In this document: positions 10,544-20,102 of the stretch, one piece after another | How the letters are laid out: each line of letters begins with the position of its first letter | How positions within the stretch are numbered: position 1 is the stretch's first letter | Source: Buchnera aphidicola str. APS (Acyrthosiphon pisum) | GTDB taxonomy: Bacteria > Pseudomonadota > Gammaproteobacteria > Enterobacterales > Enterobacteriaceae | Length of the DNA stretch: 32,000 bases | Reading direction: 5' to 3' | Assembly: GCF_000009605.1 (NCBI RefSeq) | Contig: NC_002528.1 | Span: 420,001 to 452,000, forward strand | The notes under the pieces: generated by a model | What the model was told of the DNA's origin: nothing | Database searches by the model: none | What the model saw: only the letters and a program-made list of their open reading frames with translations | Program-made: the position numbers and the translations under genes

Positions 10544-11701
10544 ATGCCTGCTAACAATTCCTTGCTAATCTTTCGTGACGAAATTAATAACATTGATAAA
10601 AAAATAGTAAAATTATTGGCCGAAAGAAAAAATTTAGTATTTAAAATAGCTCAATCAAAAATAGAAAATAATCAGGCGATAAGAGATATAGAACGTGAAA
10701 AAAAAATGTTGCAAAAATTAATTTTTTTGGGGAAAAAATACAATTTAAAATCCGAATATATCACTCAATTATTTCAACTAATAATTGAAGAATCTGTGGC
10801 AACTCAAAAAAAGTTATTAAAGAAATTTTGCAATCATAATAAATTAATTCCTGCTAATTTTTCATTTCTCGGTCCTAAAGGTTCTTACTCTCATATTGCT
10901 GCTTATAAATATGCAGATCTCAATTTTCAAAAATGTATTACAAATGAATGCTCAACATTTGAAGAAGTAGTTCTATCAGTCGAAAATAATCAATCAGATT
11001 ATGCTGTTTTACCAATTGAAAACACCTGTTCTGGTTCTATTAATGAAGTTTTTGATATTTTAAAAAAAACTAATTTATTTATTATTGGAGAAATTAATAT
11101 TTTTATAAACCATAATTTACTTACTCTTAAAAAAATTGAACTAAATAAGATTAAAACAATATATAGTCATCCTCAGCCATTTCAACAATGCAGTGATTTT
11201 ATTAAAAAATTTCCAGAATGGAAAATTAAATATACTAAGAGTACTGCAGATGCAATGAAAAAAATTAAGAAATATAATGACGTAACTAATGCAGCATTAG
11301 GAAGCGAAATAGGAAGCAAAATTTACGGATTAGAAATATTAATGAAAAATTTAGCAAATAAAGAAAATAATATTACGAGATTTATTTTATTAAATCGCAA
11401 TCCTAAAAAAATTTCTAAAAACATACCAACTACAACAACATTAATATTTACTACAGGACAAGAAGCAGGATCTCTTTCTAAAGTATTATCAATATTGCAA
11501 GAAAAAAAATTAATTATGAAAAAATTAACTTCTCAAAAAATTTACAAAAATCCATGGGAGGAAATGTTTTATATTGATATTCAAGTCAATTTATCATCAA
11601 CACTAATGCAAGATGCTCTTGAAAAAATCAAAAAAATTACTAGATTTATAAAAATTTTAGGCTGTTATCCTAGTGAAAAAATAACCCCAATAGCACCGTA
11701 A
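10544..11701 (+). CDS. pheA: Bifunctional chorismate mutase / prephenate dehydratase (P-protein) PheA
   Basis: 385-aa ORF with an N-terminal chorismate mutase domain (LLxxRxEIxxIDxxIVxLLAER), a prephenate dehydratase core, and a C-terminal ACT domain containing NPWEEMFYIDIQ. Confidence 0.96.
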   Translation: MPANNSLLIFRDEINNIDKKIVKLLAERKNLVFKIAQSKIENNQAIRDIEREKKMLQKLIFLGKKYNLKSEYITQLFQLIIEESVATQKKLLKKFCNHNKLIPANFSFLGPKGSYSHIAAYKYADLNFQKCITNECSTFEEVVLSVENNQSDYAVLPIENTCSGSINEVFDILKKTNLFIIGEINIFINHNLLTLKKIELNKIKTIYSHPQPFQQCSDFIKKFPEWKIKYTKSTADAMKKIKKYNDVTNAALGSEIGSKIYGLEILMKNLANKENNITRFILLNRNPKKISKNIPTTTTLIFTTGQEAGSLSKVLSILQEKKLIMKKLTSQKIYKNPWEEMFYIDIQVNLSSTLMQDALEKIKKITRFIKILGCYPSEKITPIAP

Positions 11702-11882
11702 AATTTCTAAAAAACGATTTTTTTTTAAGAAAATAAAAATCATGCGTTCAAATATGAAAAATTTTTTTAATAATTTTTAAAAATAAAAGATAATTATTTT
11801 TTAATTAACAGAAATTATATTTTAAAGGTGATTGTTTTTACCTCAAATAAAATATTAATAAATTTAATGTGAGTAATAAATA

Positions 11883-13238
11883 ATGTTTAATAATTTAACT
11901 CAACGTCTTTCAGATAGTTTAAAAAAAATTTTAAATAAAGGAAGACTTACAGAAGAAAACATTAAAGAAACTATAAGAGAAGTTCGAAAAGCTTTATTAG
12001 AAGCAGATGTGGCTTTATCAGTAATAAAAAAATTTATAGAGAATGTAAAAAAAAAATCAATTGGGCATGAAATCAATAAAAGTTTAACTCCCGGACAAGA
12101 ATTTATAAAAATAGTTAAACATGAATTAATATTTGCAATGGGTGAAAAAAATCATTCTTTAAATTTTTCCATTGAACCCCCTGCGGTTATATTAGTAGTT
12201 GGTCTGCAAGGTTCAGGAAAAACTACTAGTTTAGCTAAATTGGGAAAATGGATTAAAAATAAGTATAAAAAAAAAATATTAATTACATCTACCGATACCT
12301 ATCGTGCGGCTGCTATTGAACAACTAAAAATATTATCTGATCAAATCGAGATAGATTTTTTTGAGTCTGATAAGCACCATACACCAATAGAAATCACTAA
12401 AAATGCGATAAAATATGCAAAATTAAAATTATATGACGTGCTATTAATTGACACAGCAGGTCGTTTGCATATTGATAAAAAAATGATGAATGAAATTCAG
12501 CAAATACAAGTTATATCAAAAGCTATTGAAACATTATTAATAGTAGATTCAATGATGGGGCAAGATGCAATAAACATGGCAAAAATATTTAATAATGATT
12601 TATTGATATCTGGTATAATATTAACTAAAACAGATGGTGATTCTAGGAGTGGAATTGCTCTATCTATGCGTTACATTACAGGAAAACCTATTAAATTTAT
12701 AGGAACAGGGGAAAAAATAATATCATTAGAACCATTTCATCCTGAAAGAATAGCTGATAGAATTCTAGGAATGAATGATATTATGTCGCTTATTGAAGAC
12801 ATTGAAGAAAAAGTAGATCAATCTCAGATTCAAAAACTAACAAAAAAATTAAAAAAAGGTCATGATTTTAATTTAAATGATTTTTTAACACAAATTAAAC
12901 AAATGAAAAAAATAGGAGGTTTAAATTATTTTGCAAATAAATTCTCTATCAATCATCAATTATCTAATAATATATCATTATTAAACACAGATAAAAATAC
13001 TTTAAAAAAAATAGAAGCAATGATATGTTCGATGACACCTAAAGAAAGAATAAAACCTATAATTATAAAAGGTTCAAGAAAACGCAGAATAGCTTTAGGT
13101 TCTGGAACACAAATACAAGACGTCAACAAATTATTAAAAAATTTTGATGATATACGAAGAATTATGAAAAAAATTAAAACTGATGGAATAGCAAAAGTAA
13201 TACGTGGAATAAAAAATATGCTACCTAAAAAGTTTTGA
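11883..13238 (+). CDS. ffh: Signal recognition particle protein Ffh
   Basis: 451-aa ORF with N and G domains (GLQGSGKTT, DTAGR, TKTDGD) and a Met-rich M domain. Confidence 0.97.
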   Translation: MFNNLTQRLSDSLKKILNKGRLTEENIKETIREVRKALLEADVALSVIKKFIENVKKKSIGHEINKSLTPGQEFIKIVKHELIFAMGEKNHSLNFSIEPPAVILVVGLQGSGKTTSLAKLGKWIKNKYKKKILITSTDTYRAAAIEQLKILSDQIEIDFFESDKHHTPIEITKNAIKYAKLKLYDVLLIDTAGRLHIDKKMMNEIQQIQVISKAIETLLIVDSMMGQDAINMAKIFNNDLLISGIILTKTDGDSRSGIALSMRYITGKPIKFIGTGEKIISLEPFHPERIADRILGMNDIMSLIEDIEEKVDQSQIQKLTKKLKKGHDFNLNDFLTQIKQMKKIGGLNYFANKFSINHQLSNNISLLNTDKNTLKKIEAMICSMTPKERIKPIIIKGSRKRRIALGSGTQIQDVNKLLKNFDDIRRIMKKIKTDGIAKVIRGIKNMLPKKF

Positions 13239-13346
13239 AAAATTGTCTTAAAAATATAAAAAATTTTTTAAAATCTCAGTAGTATAATTTTTTTAATTTT
13301 TTTCAAATAATCCTTTTTATTTAATAACTTTTTAAGAAGAAAAAAT

Positions 13347-13586
13347 ATGGTAAAAATTCGTTTAGCTAGATATGGAACAAAAAAACGTCCATTTTATAAG
13401 CTGGTAGTAGCAGATAGTCGTTTTTCTAGAAATGGTCGTTTTATTGAACGTCTGGGTTATTTTAATCCTATTGCCAAAGGAAAATCTGAGATATTAAAAT
13501 TAAATTTAGAACGTATTGAACACTGGACTAATCAGGGTGCCCAAATGTCAGAAAGAACTAAAAAATTAATCAAACAAAAGAGGTAA
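13347..13586 (+). CDS. rpsP: 30S ribosomal protein S16
   Basis: 79-aa ORF starting [17 protein letters not shown]. It is the first gene of the rpsP-rimM-trmD-rplS operon. Confidence 0.98.
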   Translation: MVKIRLARYGTKKRPFYKLVVADSRFSRNGRFIERLGYFNPIAKGKSEILKLNLERIEHWTNQGAQMSERTKKLIKQKR

Positions 13587-13587
13587 T

Positions 13588-14118
13588 ATTATAAATATTA
13601 GTATTAACAAACCAATTCAACCATTACTAATAGGAAAAGTTGGAAAATCTTACGGAATATTAGGTTGGATAAATATTTTTTCTTTCACAGAAGAACAAGA
13701 AAAAATATTCAATTATCTTCCATGGTTTTTTTTTAAAGAAAAAAATTGGACAAGAATTCAAATTAAAAACTGGAAAAAATATAAGAATAATTTTATTGTT
13801 CACATAAAAGATATTTCTGATCGTTCAGTAGTCAGTCAGTTTACTAATGCAGACATAATAATTAGTAAACATACATTACCTGCGTTGAAAAAAAATGATT
13901 ACTATTGGAATGATATTATCAATTATAAAGTATTTAATATAGATCAGCATTATTTAGGAACAGTAATTAATTTAATAAGGACAAGAAATAACGATATTCT
14001 TATAGTGAAAAATAAATTAAAGATACATCAAAAAAATATATTAATTCCATTTATCGACAACAAAATAATAAAAAATGTAAATACTGATAAAAAATTTATT
14101 TTAGTTCAATGGGACTAG
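13588..14118 (+). CDS. rimM: Ribosome maturation factor RimM (non-canonical start; exact start codon uncertain)
   Basis: The frame is open from 13570 (after an in-frame TAA at 13567) to the stop at 14116..14118. It encodes IGKVGKSYGILGW...PWFF...DYYWNDI, which is colinear with E. coli RimM. The first ATG/GTG/TTG in the frame is the TTG at 13885, where the ORF-track entry starts, and that lies 99 codons into the conserved region. An AAGAGG Shine-Dalgarno at 13578..13583 precedes ATT 13588 and ATA 13591. Confidence 0.85.
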   Translation: MINISINKPIQPLLIGKVGKSYGILGWINIFSFTEEQEKIFNYLPWFFFKEKNWTRIQIKNWKKYKNNFIVHIKDISDRSVVSQFTNADIIISKHTLPALKKNDYYWNDIINYKVFNIDQHYLGTVINLIRTRNNDILIVKNKLKIHQKNILIPFIDNKIIKNVNTDKKFILVQWD

Positions 14119-14132
14119 ATTATGTGATTTAA

Positions 14133-14846
14133 ATGAAAAAAAAATATAATGAAACTATAATATGCTTTAATATTATTACTATTTTTCCAGAAATGTTCTA
14201 TGCGATCACCAATTACGGCATAATCGGACAAGCAATCAAAAAAAAAATTATTAATATTAATTTTTTTAATCCAAGAAATTTTAGCAAAAATAAATATAAA
14301 TCTGTAGACGATCGTCCTTATGGAGGAGGACCAGGAATGTTGATGAGTTTCGAACCATTGTATCTAGCTATTCAACAAGCCAAATCTACATCAAAAAATG
14401 TAACTGTTATTTATTTATCTCCCCAAGGAAAAGAATTAAAACAAAATCATATCGAAGAATTATTAGTCAAGAAGAAAAAAATTGTTTTCATATGTGGTCG
14501 ATATGAAGGAATAGATCAGAGAATTATTGATAATCAAGTGGATGAAGAATGGTCTATTGGAAGCTATATACTCACTGGAGGAGAATTGGCCGCCATGGTT
14601 ATGATTGATGCCATTTCTCGTTTAATTCCAGGTGTTATAAAAACAAAAAAGTCGATAGAAGAAGATTCCTTTACGAATGATTTACTTGATTATCCTAATT
14701 ATACTCGACCTAAAATTATAAAAAATATGTCAGTTCCTCAAGTTTTATTATCCGGAAACCACAATGAAATTCGCCTTTGGCGTTTAAAACAGTCACTTGG
14801 AACAACATGGATTAAACGTCCAGACCTTATAAAAAAAAAATATTAA
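14133..14846 (+). CDS. trmD: tRNA (guanine37-N1)-methyltransferase TrmD (reading frame ends prematurely at an A10 tract; see findings)
   Basis: 237-aa ORF with FPEMF, DDRPYGGGPGMLM, and CGRYEGIDQR followed closely by DEEWSIGxYxLTGGE. The conserved C-terminal tail continues in the -1 frame to 14911. Confidence 0.95.
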   Translation: MKKKYNETIICFNIITIFPEMFYAITNYGIIGQAIKKKIININFFNPRNFSKNKYKSVDDRPYGGGPGMLMSFEPLYLAIQQAKSTSKNVTVIYLSPQGKELKQNHIEELLVKKKKIVFICGRYEGIDQRIIDNQVDEEWSIGSYILTGGELAAMVMIDAISRLIPGVIKTKKSIEEDSFTNDLLDYPNYTRPKIIKNMSVPQVLLSGNHNEIRLWRLKQSLGTTWIKRPDLIKKKY

Positions 14847-14944
14847 AAAAAGAAGAAAAAATTCTTTTGGATGAATTTAAAAAAAAAATAAAATTAAAAA
14901 ATAATGACTAATTTTTTTTATTTATTTAAATTTAAGAGGAAAAC

Positions 14945-15292
14945 ATGTTCAGTATTATTCAAAACATAGAAAAAGAACAAATAAAAAAAAATATACCTGT
15001 TTTTAGATCCGGAGATACTATAGAAGTAAAAGTATGGGTTATTGAAGGCTCGAAAAAACGCTTACAATCTTTTGAAGGAATAGTGATAGCAATAAAGAAT
15101 CGTTGTTTAAATTCATCTTTTACTGTGCGTAAAATATCTAATGGAGAAGGTGTTGAACGAGTTTTTCAAACTCATTCTCATGGTATCGAAGAAATTCTAG
15201 TTAAAAGAAAGGGTTTAGTTAGAAAAGCAAAATTATATTATTTGAGAACGCGAACTGGAAAGGCCGCTCGTATTAAAGAGCGATTAAATTAA
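14945..15292 (+). CDS. rplS: 50S ribosomal protein L19
   Basis: 115-aa ORF with FRxGDTxxVxVxVxEGxKxRxQxFEG. An AAGAGGA Shine-Dalgarno lies 5 nt upstream. Confidence 0.98.
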   Translation: MFSIIQNIEKEQIKKNIPVFRSGDTIEVKVWVIEGSKKRLQSFEGIVIAIKNRCLNSSFTVRKISNGEGVERVFQTHSHGIEEILVKRKGLVRKAKLYYLRTRTGKAARIKERLN

Positions 15293-15299
15293 TTTTAAT

Positions 15300-15337
15300 A
15301 TGCAGTCATGACATAATTCTTGACTGCATTATTTTTT
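15300..15337. terminator. Hairpin terminator between convergent rplS and tldD
   Basis: A perfect 9-bp stem ATGCAGTCA (15300..15308) / TGACTGCAT (15321..15329) with a 12-nt loop, followed on the plus strand by TATTTTTT. Confidence 0.65.
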
Positions 15338-15375
15338 ATGGTATATAAGCTATAATAAATTTTTATTTAATCAAA

Positions 15376-16827
15376 TTAAACAGTTCCACCAATAGTTAAA
15401 TTTTCTAATTTCATAGATGGTTGACCTATTCCAACTGGAATATTTTGACCGTCTTTTCCACAAATACCCATCCCTTCATCCATTTTTAAATCATCACCAA
15501 CCATTGATATTTTTTGCATAACTTCTAATCCTGATCCTATGAGAGTAGTGTTTTTAATTGGTGTAACAATTTTTCCATTTTTTATTAAATAAGCTTCCGA
15601 AGTAGAAAATACAAATTTTCCGGAAGTAATATCTACCTGTCCTCCAGAAAAATTTACAGCATATATTCCATAGTCGACGCTTTTAATTATATCATCTAAT
15701 TTAGACTTTCCAGATAACATATAGGTATTAGTCATACGAGGCATAGGTAGACACGAATAAGATTCACGACGACCATTTCCGGTAGACTTAACACCCATTA
15801 AACGCGCATTAAGTTTATCTTGCATATATTTTTTTAATATTCCATTTTCAATTAAAATATTCTTTTGACCTGGAGTACCTTCGTCATCAATGCTTAATGA
15901 TCCACGTTGATTTTTAATTGTTCCATCATCGATAATAGTACACAACTCTGATGCAACCTTTTTACCTATCATATTAGTAAAGATTGAAGTGCCTTTTCTG
16001 TTAAAATCACCTTCTAATCCATGACCTATAGCCTCATGTAACAAAACGCCCGGCCATCCAGATCCTAAAACTACTGGAAATGTTCCTGATAGAGCCTCTT
16101 TTGAAGATAAATTTAATAAGGCTATACGCACAGCTTCTTTAGACCAATGATCAATTCTAATTTCTTTTGAAGAATCATCTTGATTTAAAAAAAAGTTATA
16201 ATCTGTACGGCTTCCTCCACCGCTACGACCACGCTCTCTTTTCCCATGATCTTCAACTAAAACACTAATTGAAAATTGTATTGACGGCCTGATATCTGAT
16301 ACTAAATTTCCATCAGTAGAAGCAACTAAAATTTGTTCATATGATCCTGTTAAAGAAGCATTCACTTCTATAACACGATGGTCAAGACTACGTGCTATGT
16401 AATTTGCTCTATAAAGAAGATCAGTTTTTTCTTTAGAAGAAAATCCTTCTAGGGGATTAACATTTTTATAGATAGGTTCAATTGTTTTTTTTGATAAAGT
16501 TTTTGTTTTTCCCGATCCTTTTGTTAAAATAATACTGTGTGCTTTTTTCGTACTCCTTCTTAAAGAATCTAATGATATTTGATCTGAGTACGCAAATCCA
16601 GTGCTTTCTCCTCTTATTGCTCGTACTCCGATACCTGCATCAGAATGATAATTTCCTTCTTTTATAATACTATTCTCTAGAATCCAAGACTCGTGAATAT
16701 GAGATTGAAAATAAAGATCTCCATAATCTAATTGACGTGTACACAGTTCTTCCAAGGCAATAAAAACATCTTGATCGTTTATTTTATTCGCATTTAATAA
16801 AGATTCAGTTACTAATTCAAATGTCAT
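15376..16827 (-). CDS. tldD: Metalloprotease TldD
   Basis: 483-aa ORF with the HEAIGHGLE zinc motif and full-length TldD similarity. Confidence 0.95.
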   Translation of the reverse strand: MTFELVTESLLNANKINDQDVFIALEELCTRQLDYGDLYFQSHIHESWILENSIIKEGNYHSDAGIGVRAIRGESTGFAYSDQISLDSLRRSTKKAHSIILTKGSGKTKTLSKKTIEPIYKNVNPLEGFSSKEKTDLLYRANYIARSLDHRVIEVNASLTGSYEQILVASTDGNLVSDIRPSIQFSISVLVEDHGKRERGRSGGGSRTDYNFFLNQDDSSKEIRIDHWSKEAVRIALLNLSSKEALSGTFPVVLGSGWPGVLLHEAIGHGLEGDFNRKGTSIFTNMIGKKVASELCTIIDDGTIKNQRGSLSIDDEGTPGQKNILIENGILKKYMQDKLNARLMGVKSTGNGRRESYSCLPMPRMTNTYMLSGKSKLDDIIKSVDYGIYAVNFSGGQVDITSGKFVFSTSEAYLIKNGKIVTPIKNTTLIGSGLEVMQKISMVGDDLKMDEGMGICGKDGQNIPVGIGQPSMKLENLTIGGTV

Positions 16828-16984
16828 TTGAACTCACTTAATTTATGATAATGTTGTAAATGTTTATTATAAAAGATAAAACAAAAAAAGAAAAAAATAA
16901 TTTTTCTAAAAAAATGTTATATAATATTTTATTAGATAAGTCTTCTAGTAAATTTGAGATATAATCATTTAAAAAGAGATTAAC

Positions 16985-17437
16985 ATGAAAAATAATATAA
17001 ATATATTATTAATAAATGGACCTAATTTAAATCTTCTGGGAACAAGAGAAACTGAGATTTACGGTGATATTACTCTGCCCGATTTATTGAAAAATTTAGA
17101 AAAAAGAGCAAAAAAACTTAATATGTCTTTAAAACATATACAATCTAATGCAGAACATGTATTAATTGACAAAATTCATTCTTCAAGAAAAAATATTAAT
17201 TATATCATTATCAATCCTGCCGCATTTACACACACTAGTATAGCTATAAGAGATGCATTAATTGCAGTAGAGATTCCTTTTATTGAAATTCATATTTCAA
17301 ATATTTATTCAAGAGAAGATTTTCGTTCCCACTCATGGTTATCTGATATTTCTCAAGGTGTAATTTGTGGACTTGGTTTAGATGGTTATCATTGGGCATT
17401 AGAAACAATATCTAATAGACTTATTCATTTAAAATAA
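16985..17437 (+). CDS. aroQ: 3-dehydroquinate dehydratase, type II
   Basis: 150-aa ORF with the type II DHQase N-terminus [16 protein letters not shown], plus [11 protein letters not shown] and EIHISN further in. Confidence 0.95.
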   Translation: MKNNINILLINGPNLNLLGTRETEIYGDITLPDLLKNLEKRAKKLNMSLKHIQSNAEHVLIDKIHSSRKNINYIIINPAAFTHTSIAIRDALIAVEIPFIEIHISNIYSREDFRSHSWLSDISQGVICGLGLDGYHWALETISNRLIHLK

Positions 17438-17570
17438 AAGATTTTAAAAAAAATATAAAAATATACGAATATTAAAAAATAAAGTATTAATTAGTATTAA
17501 TTCTTTTTAAAAAATATATTATTTTTTTAAAAAAATAGTTAAATTTTTTTTCGAGATGAAAAATATAATT

Positions 17571-17608
17571 TTGCACTCTCTTATATTTTTTCAAAATAGA
17601 AAGTGCAA
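17571..17608. terminator. Inverted repeat between convergent aroQ and fis (possible terminator)
   Basis: TTGCACTCTCT (17571..17581) pairs with AGAAAGTGCAA (17598..17608): 11 bp with one mismatch and a 16-nt loop. Both flanks are A/T-rich. It is the only G/C-containing pairing in this spacer. Confidence 0.35.
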
Positions 17609-17629
17609 TTTAAAAAATATATAAAATAT

Positions 17630-17926
17630 TTAATTCATACTATATTTCTTTAATTTTTTACGCAATGTACTACGATTAATTCCCAGCATTAAAGCAGCAC
17701 GTGTTTGATTTCCTCTGGTATACTGCATTATCATATCTAAAAGAGGTTGTTCTAATTCAGATAGTGCTAATTCATATAAATTATTAACATCTTTGCCATT
17801 TAAATTAGATAAATAATATTTTAAAGATTTTTTTACTAATTCACATAAAGGTTGTTTGATATTTTTATCTTGAGTATTAGTAGTAGATAAAACTAAAAAT
17901 TCTGTATTTGTTTTTTTTTCTAGCAT
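17630..17926 (-). CDS. fis: DNA-binding protein Fis
   Basis: 98-aa ORF. The C-terminal helix-turn-helix [29 protein letters not shown] is nearly identical to E. coli Fis. Confidence 0.98.
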
Positions 17927-18094
17927 AGTACTATCGACTCTGATTTTTTTTTATATTGTATATATTTTTTAAAAAAAATTATACTGAAAATATTAATTTT
18001 TATATATTTAATAATACATTTTAAGTTTTTCGTATAATAAATAATAATTCTTATTAAGAATAAATATATTCAATAAGAAAATTTATAATATATT

Positions 18095-19033
18095 CTATAT
18101 TTTTAAAAGCAGTTCTTGAATATCTTGAGGAAGTGGTACTGTCCATGACATTACATTTTTTTTAATAGGATGATGAAGAGAAAGATGGTTTGCGTGCAGT
18201 GCTTGACGAGGAAATTTATATATTTTATTAGTTTTTTTATCTTTTCTATAATTCGACTGGATTTTAAAACCACTGTAACAAGGATCTCCAACTAATGGGT
18301 ATTTGATGTGCAACATATGAACTCGAATTTGATGCGTACGCCCCGTTTCTAATCGTATTGCTATATGTGTATGAAATTTAAAACGACTGAGGACCTTATA
18401 ATGTGTTACTGATGGTTTTCCTAAATGATGAACCATCATACATGTTCTTCTGTTATAATGACGCATTATAGGTTTGTTTATAGTCCCACCGGCAATCATT
18501 TTCCCGTGAACAATTCCTTCATATTCTCGAATAATTTTCTTTTCTTTCAATAATAATAACAAGTGGTTATAAGAAAAAATATTTTTTGCAATTACCATCA
18601 ATCCGCTAGTATCTTTATCTAAACGATGCACTATTCCGGCACGAGGTAAATCTTTACTATTTTTATAGTGATATAATAAAGCATTTAAAATTGTTCCTGA
18701 TTTATTTCCAGAACCTGGATGAACAACTAATCCAGCAGGTTTATTGATTATTAATATATCGCTATCTTCATACACAATATCTAAAAAAATATTTTCTGGG
18801 ATATCAACTAATAAATCTTTAGAAAAAGGATGAATTGTAAGAGTCTCTCCTCCTAATATTTTTTTATCAGGTTGATTTACAATACTTTCATTAACTAAGA
18901 CCTGATTCATAATAATTAATTTTTTTAAATAAGAACGAGAATATTCTCTGAATAATTTAGATAAAACTAGATCTAATCTTTGCCCTGATAATGAACAAGA
19001 TGATGCAATAGAATTTAATTGTATTTTTTTCAA
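18095..19033 (-). CDS. rluD: 23S rRNA pseudouridine(1911/1915/1917) synthase RluD
   Basis: 312-aa ORF with an N-terminal S4 domain and the catalytic motif HRLDKDTSGL. It is divergent from bamD, as in E. coli. Confidence 0.95.
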   Translation of the reverse strand: MKKIQLNSIASSCSLSGQRLDLVLSKLFREYSRSYLKKLIIMNQVLVNESIVNQPDKKILGGETLTIHPFSKDLLVDIPENIFLDIVYEDSDILIINKPAGLVVHPGSGNKSGTILNALLYHYKNSKDLPRAGIVHRLDKDTSGLMVIAKNIFSYNHLLLLLKEKKIIREYEGIVHGKMIAGGTINKPIMRHYNRRTCMMVHHLGKPSVTHYKVLSRFKFHTHIAIRLETGRTHQIRVHMLHIKYPLVGDPCYSGFKIQSNYRKDKKTNKIYKFPRQALHANHLSLHHPIKKNVMSWTVPLPQDIQELLLKI

Positions 19034-19197
19034 TATAGTTATCCTTATAACTAAATAAATATTTCTTTAATTTTAACGCTACATCTTTAATATTTACAGA
19101 ATATGACATTCTACTTTTATAATATGATATTCTATAGAATTAGAAACATAAATATTTTTAATAAGAAATTTTATTAATTTAAACTGAATACATAATA

Positions 19198-19938
19198 ATG
19201 AAAAAAAAGAACAGTATTATATTTGTTTTTATGATTTTATTCTTTAACTCAACAGTACAGTCTCAGTCTTTTAAAAAAAATTATTTTACAGAAAGATATA
19301 CTCTTTATGAAAAATCTAATAAAGAATTAAGAAAAGAAAACTTTGATAATGCAATTTCTATATTAGAAAAAATAAAAAAAAATAATAATACCGCTAATAT
19401 TAGTAATGATAAAATTCAAATAGATTTAATCTATGCTTACTATAAAATATTAAATTTCGATCAAGCTAGAAAAAATATAGAAGAATTTATGTATTTTTAT
19501 CCAAATCATCCGAATATAGATTACGTTGTATATATACAATGCTTAATTAGCATGTCTTTAGATAAAAACAGATTTTTTAGTGTTTTCCCTATAAATTATT
19601 ATAAAAATGATTATTTTTATGCAAAAAATGCATTCTTCCAATTAAAGTATTTTATTTATCAATATCCTAAAAGTCGCTATGTTGTCAATGCTAAAAAAAA
19701 CTTAATATATATAAAAAATCGTCTTTCCGAACATGATCTTTCAATTTTAAAATTTTATTTCTTTCATAAAGAATATATAGCAGTTATAAATAGAGGAGAA
19801 GAAATGCTTCAAAGATATTCAGAAACACCATCTGCCCGAAAAGCTCTTATATATATAGAAAAATCTTATTATGCATTAAAAATTTTTGATACAGCAAAAA
19901 AAATATCAAAAATAATTTTATTAAATAAAATTCAATAA
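19198..19938 (+). CDS. bamD: Outer membrane protein assembly factor BamD (YfiO) homologue, no lipobox cysteine
   Basis: 246-aa ORF, colinear with E. coli BamD ([10 protein letters not shown], HPNIDYVxY, YPxSxY). It has a hydrophobic N-terminal segment. Confidence 0.9.
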   Translation: MKKKNSIIFVFMILFFNSTVQSQSFKKNYFTERYTLYEKSNKELRKENFDNAISILEKIKKNNNTANISNDKIQIDLIYAYYKILNFDQARKNIEEFMYFYPNHPNIDYVVYIQCLISMSLDKNRFFSVFPINYYKNDYFYAKNAFFQLKYFIYQYPKSRYVVNAKKNLIYIKNRLSEHDLSILKFYFFHKEYIAVINRGEEMLQRYSETPSARKALIYIEKSYYALKIFDTAKKISKIILLNKIQ

Positions 19939-20102
19939 AAAAACTTGATTATTATTTTCAAGATAAAAAACGTTTATTTATTAAAATCTATCTCAAAAAA
20001 TATTCTTTTATAAAGATCATAAAAATAAAACAATATAATAAATTCTATTTGTTAAAAACACTTTATATCAGTAATATTATTTTCATACTAACCAGAAAAA
20101 AA

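Noticed and set aside
11742-11780. A mini-ORF, MRSNMKNFFNNF (3 Phe in 12 residues), near pheA, considered as a possible Phe leader peptide.
   Set aside because: It lies downstream of pheA, not upstream. It has no associated terminator or antiterminator structure, and TTT codons are expected at high frequency in this composition.
13885-14118. The 77-aa ORF-track entry considered as a stand-alone gene.
   Set aside because: It is only the C-terminal part of rimM. Its M is an internal TTG (Leu in ...PALKKNDYYW...), and the same frame is open and RimM-homologous for 99 codons upstream.
20049-20102. An 18-codon N-terminal extension of alaS from TTG 20049 (MLKTLYISNIIFILTRKK).
   Set aside because: The AlaS homology begins exactly at ATG 20103 (MKKTTDKIRQDF against E. 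coli MSKSTAEIRQAF). The extension has no counterpart and is an artefact of allowing TTG starts.
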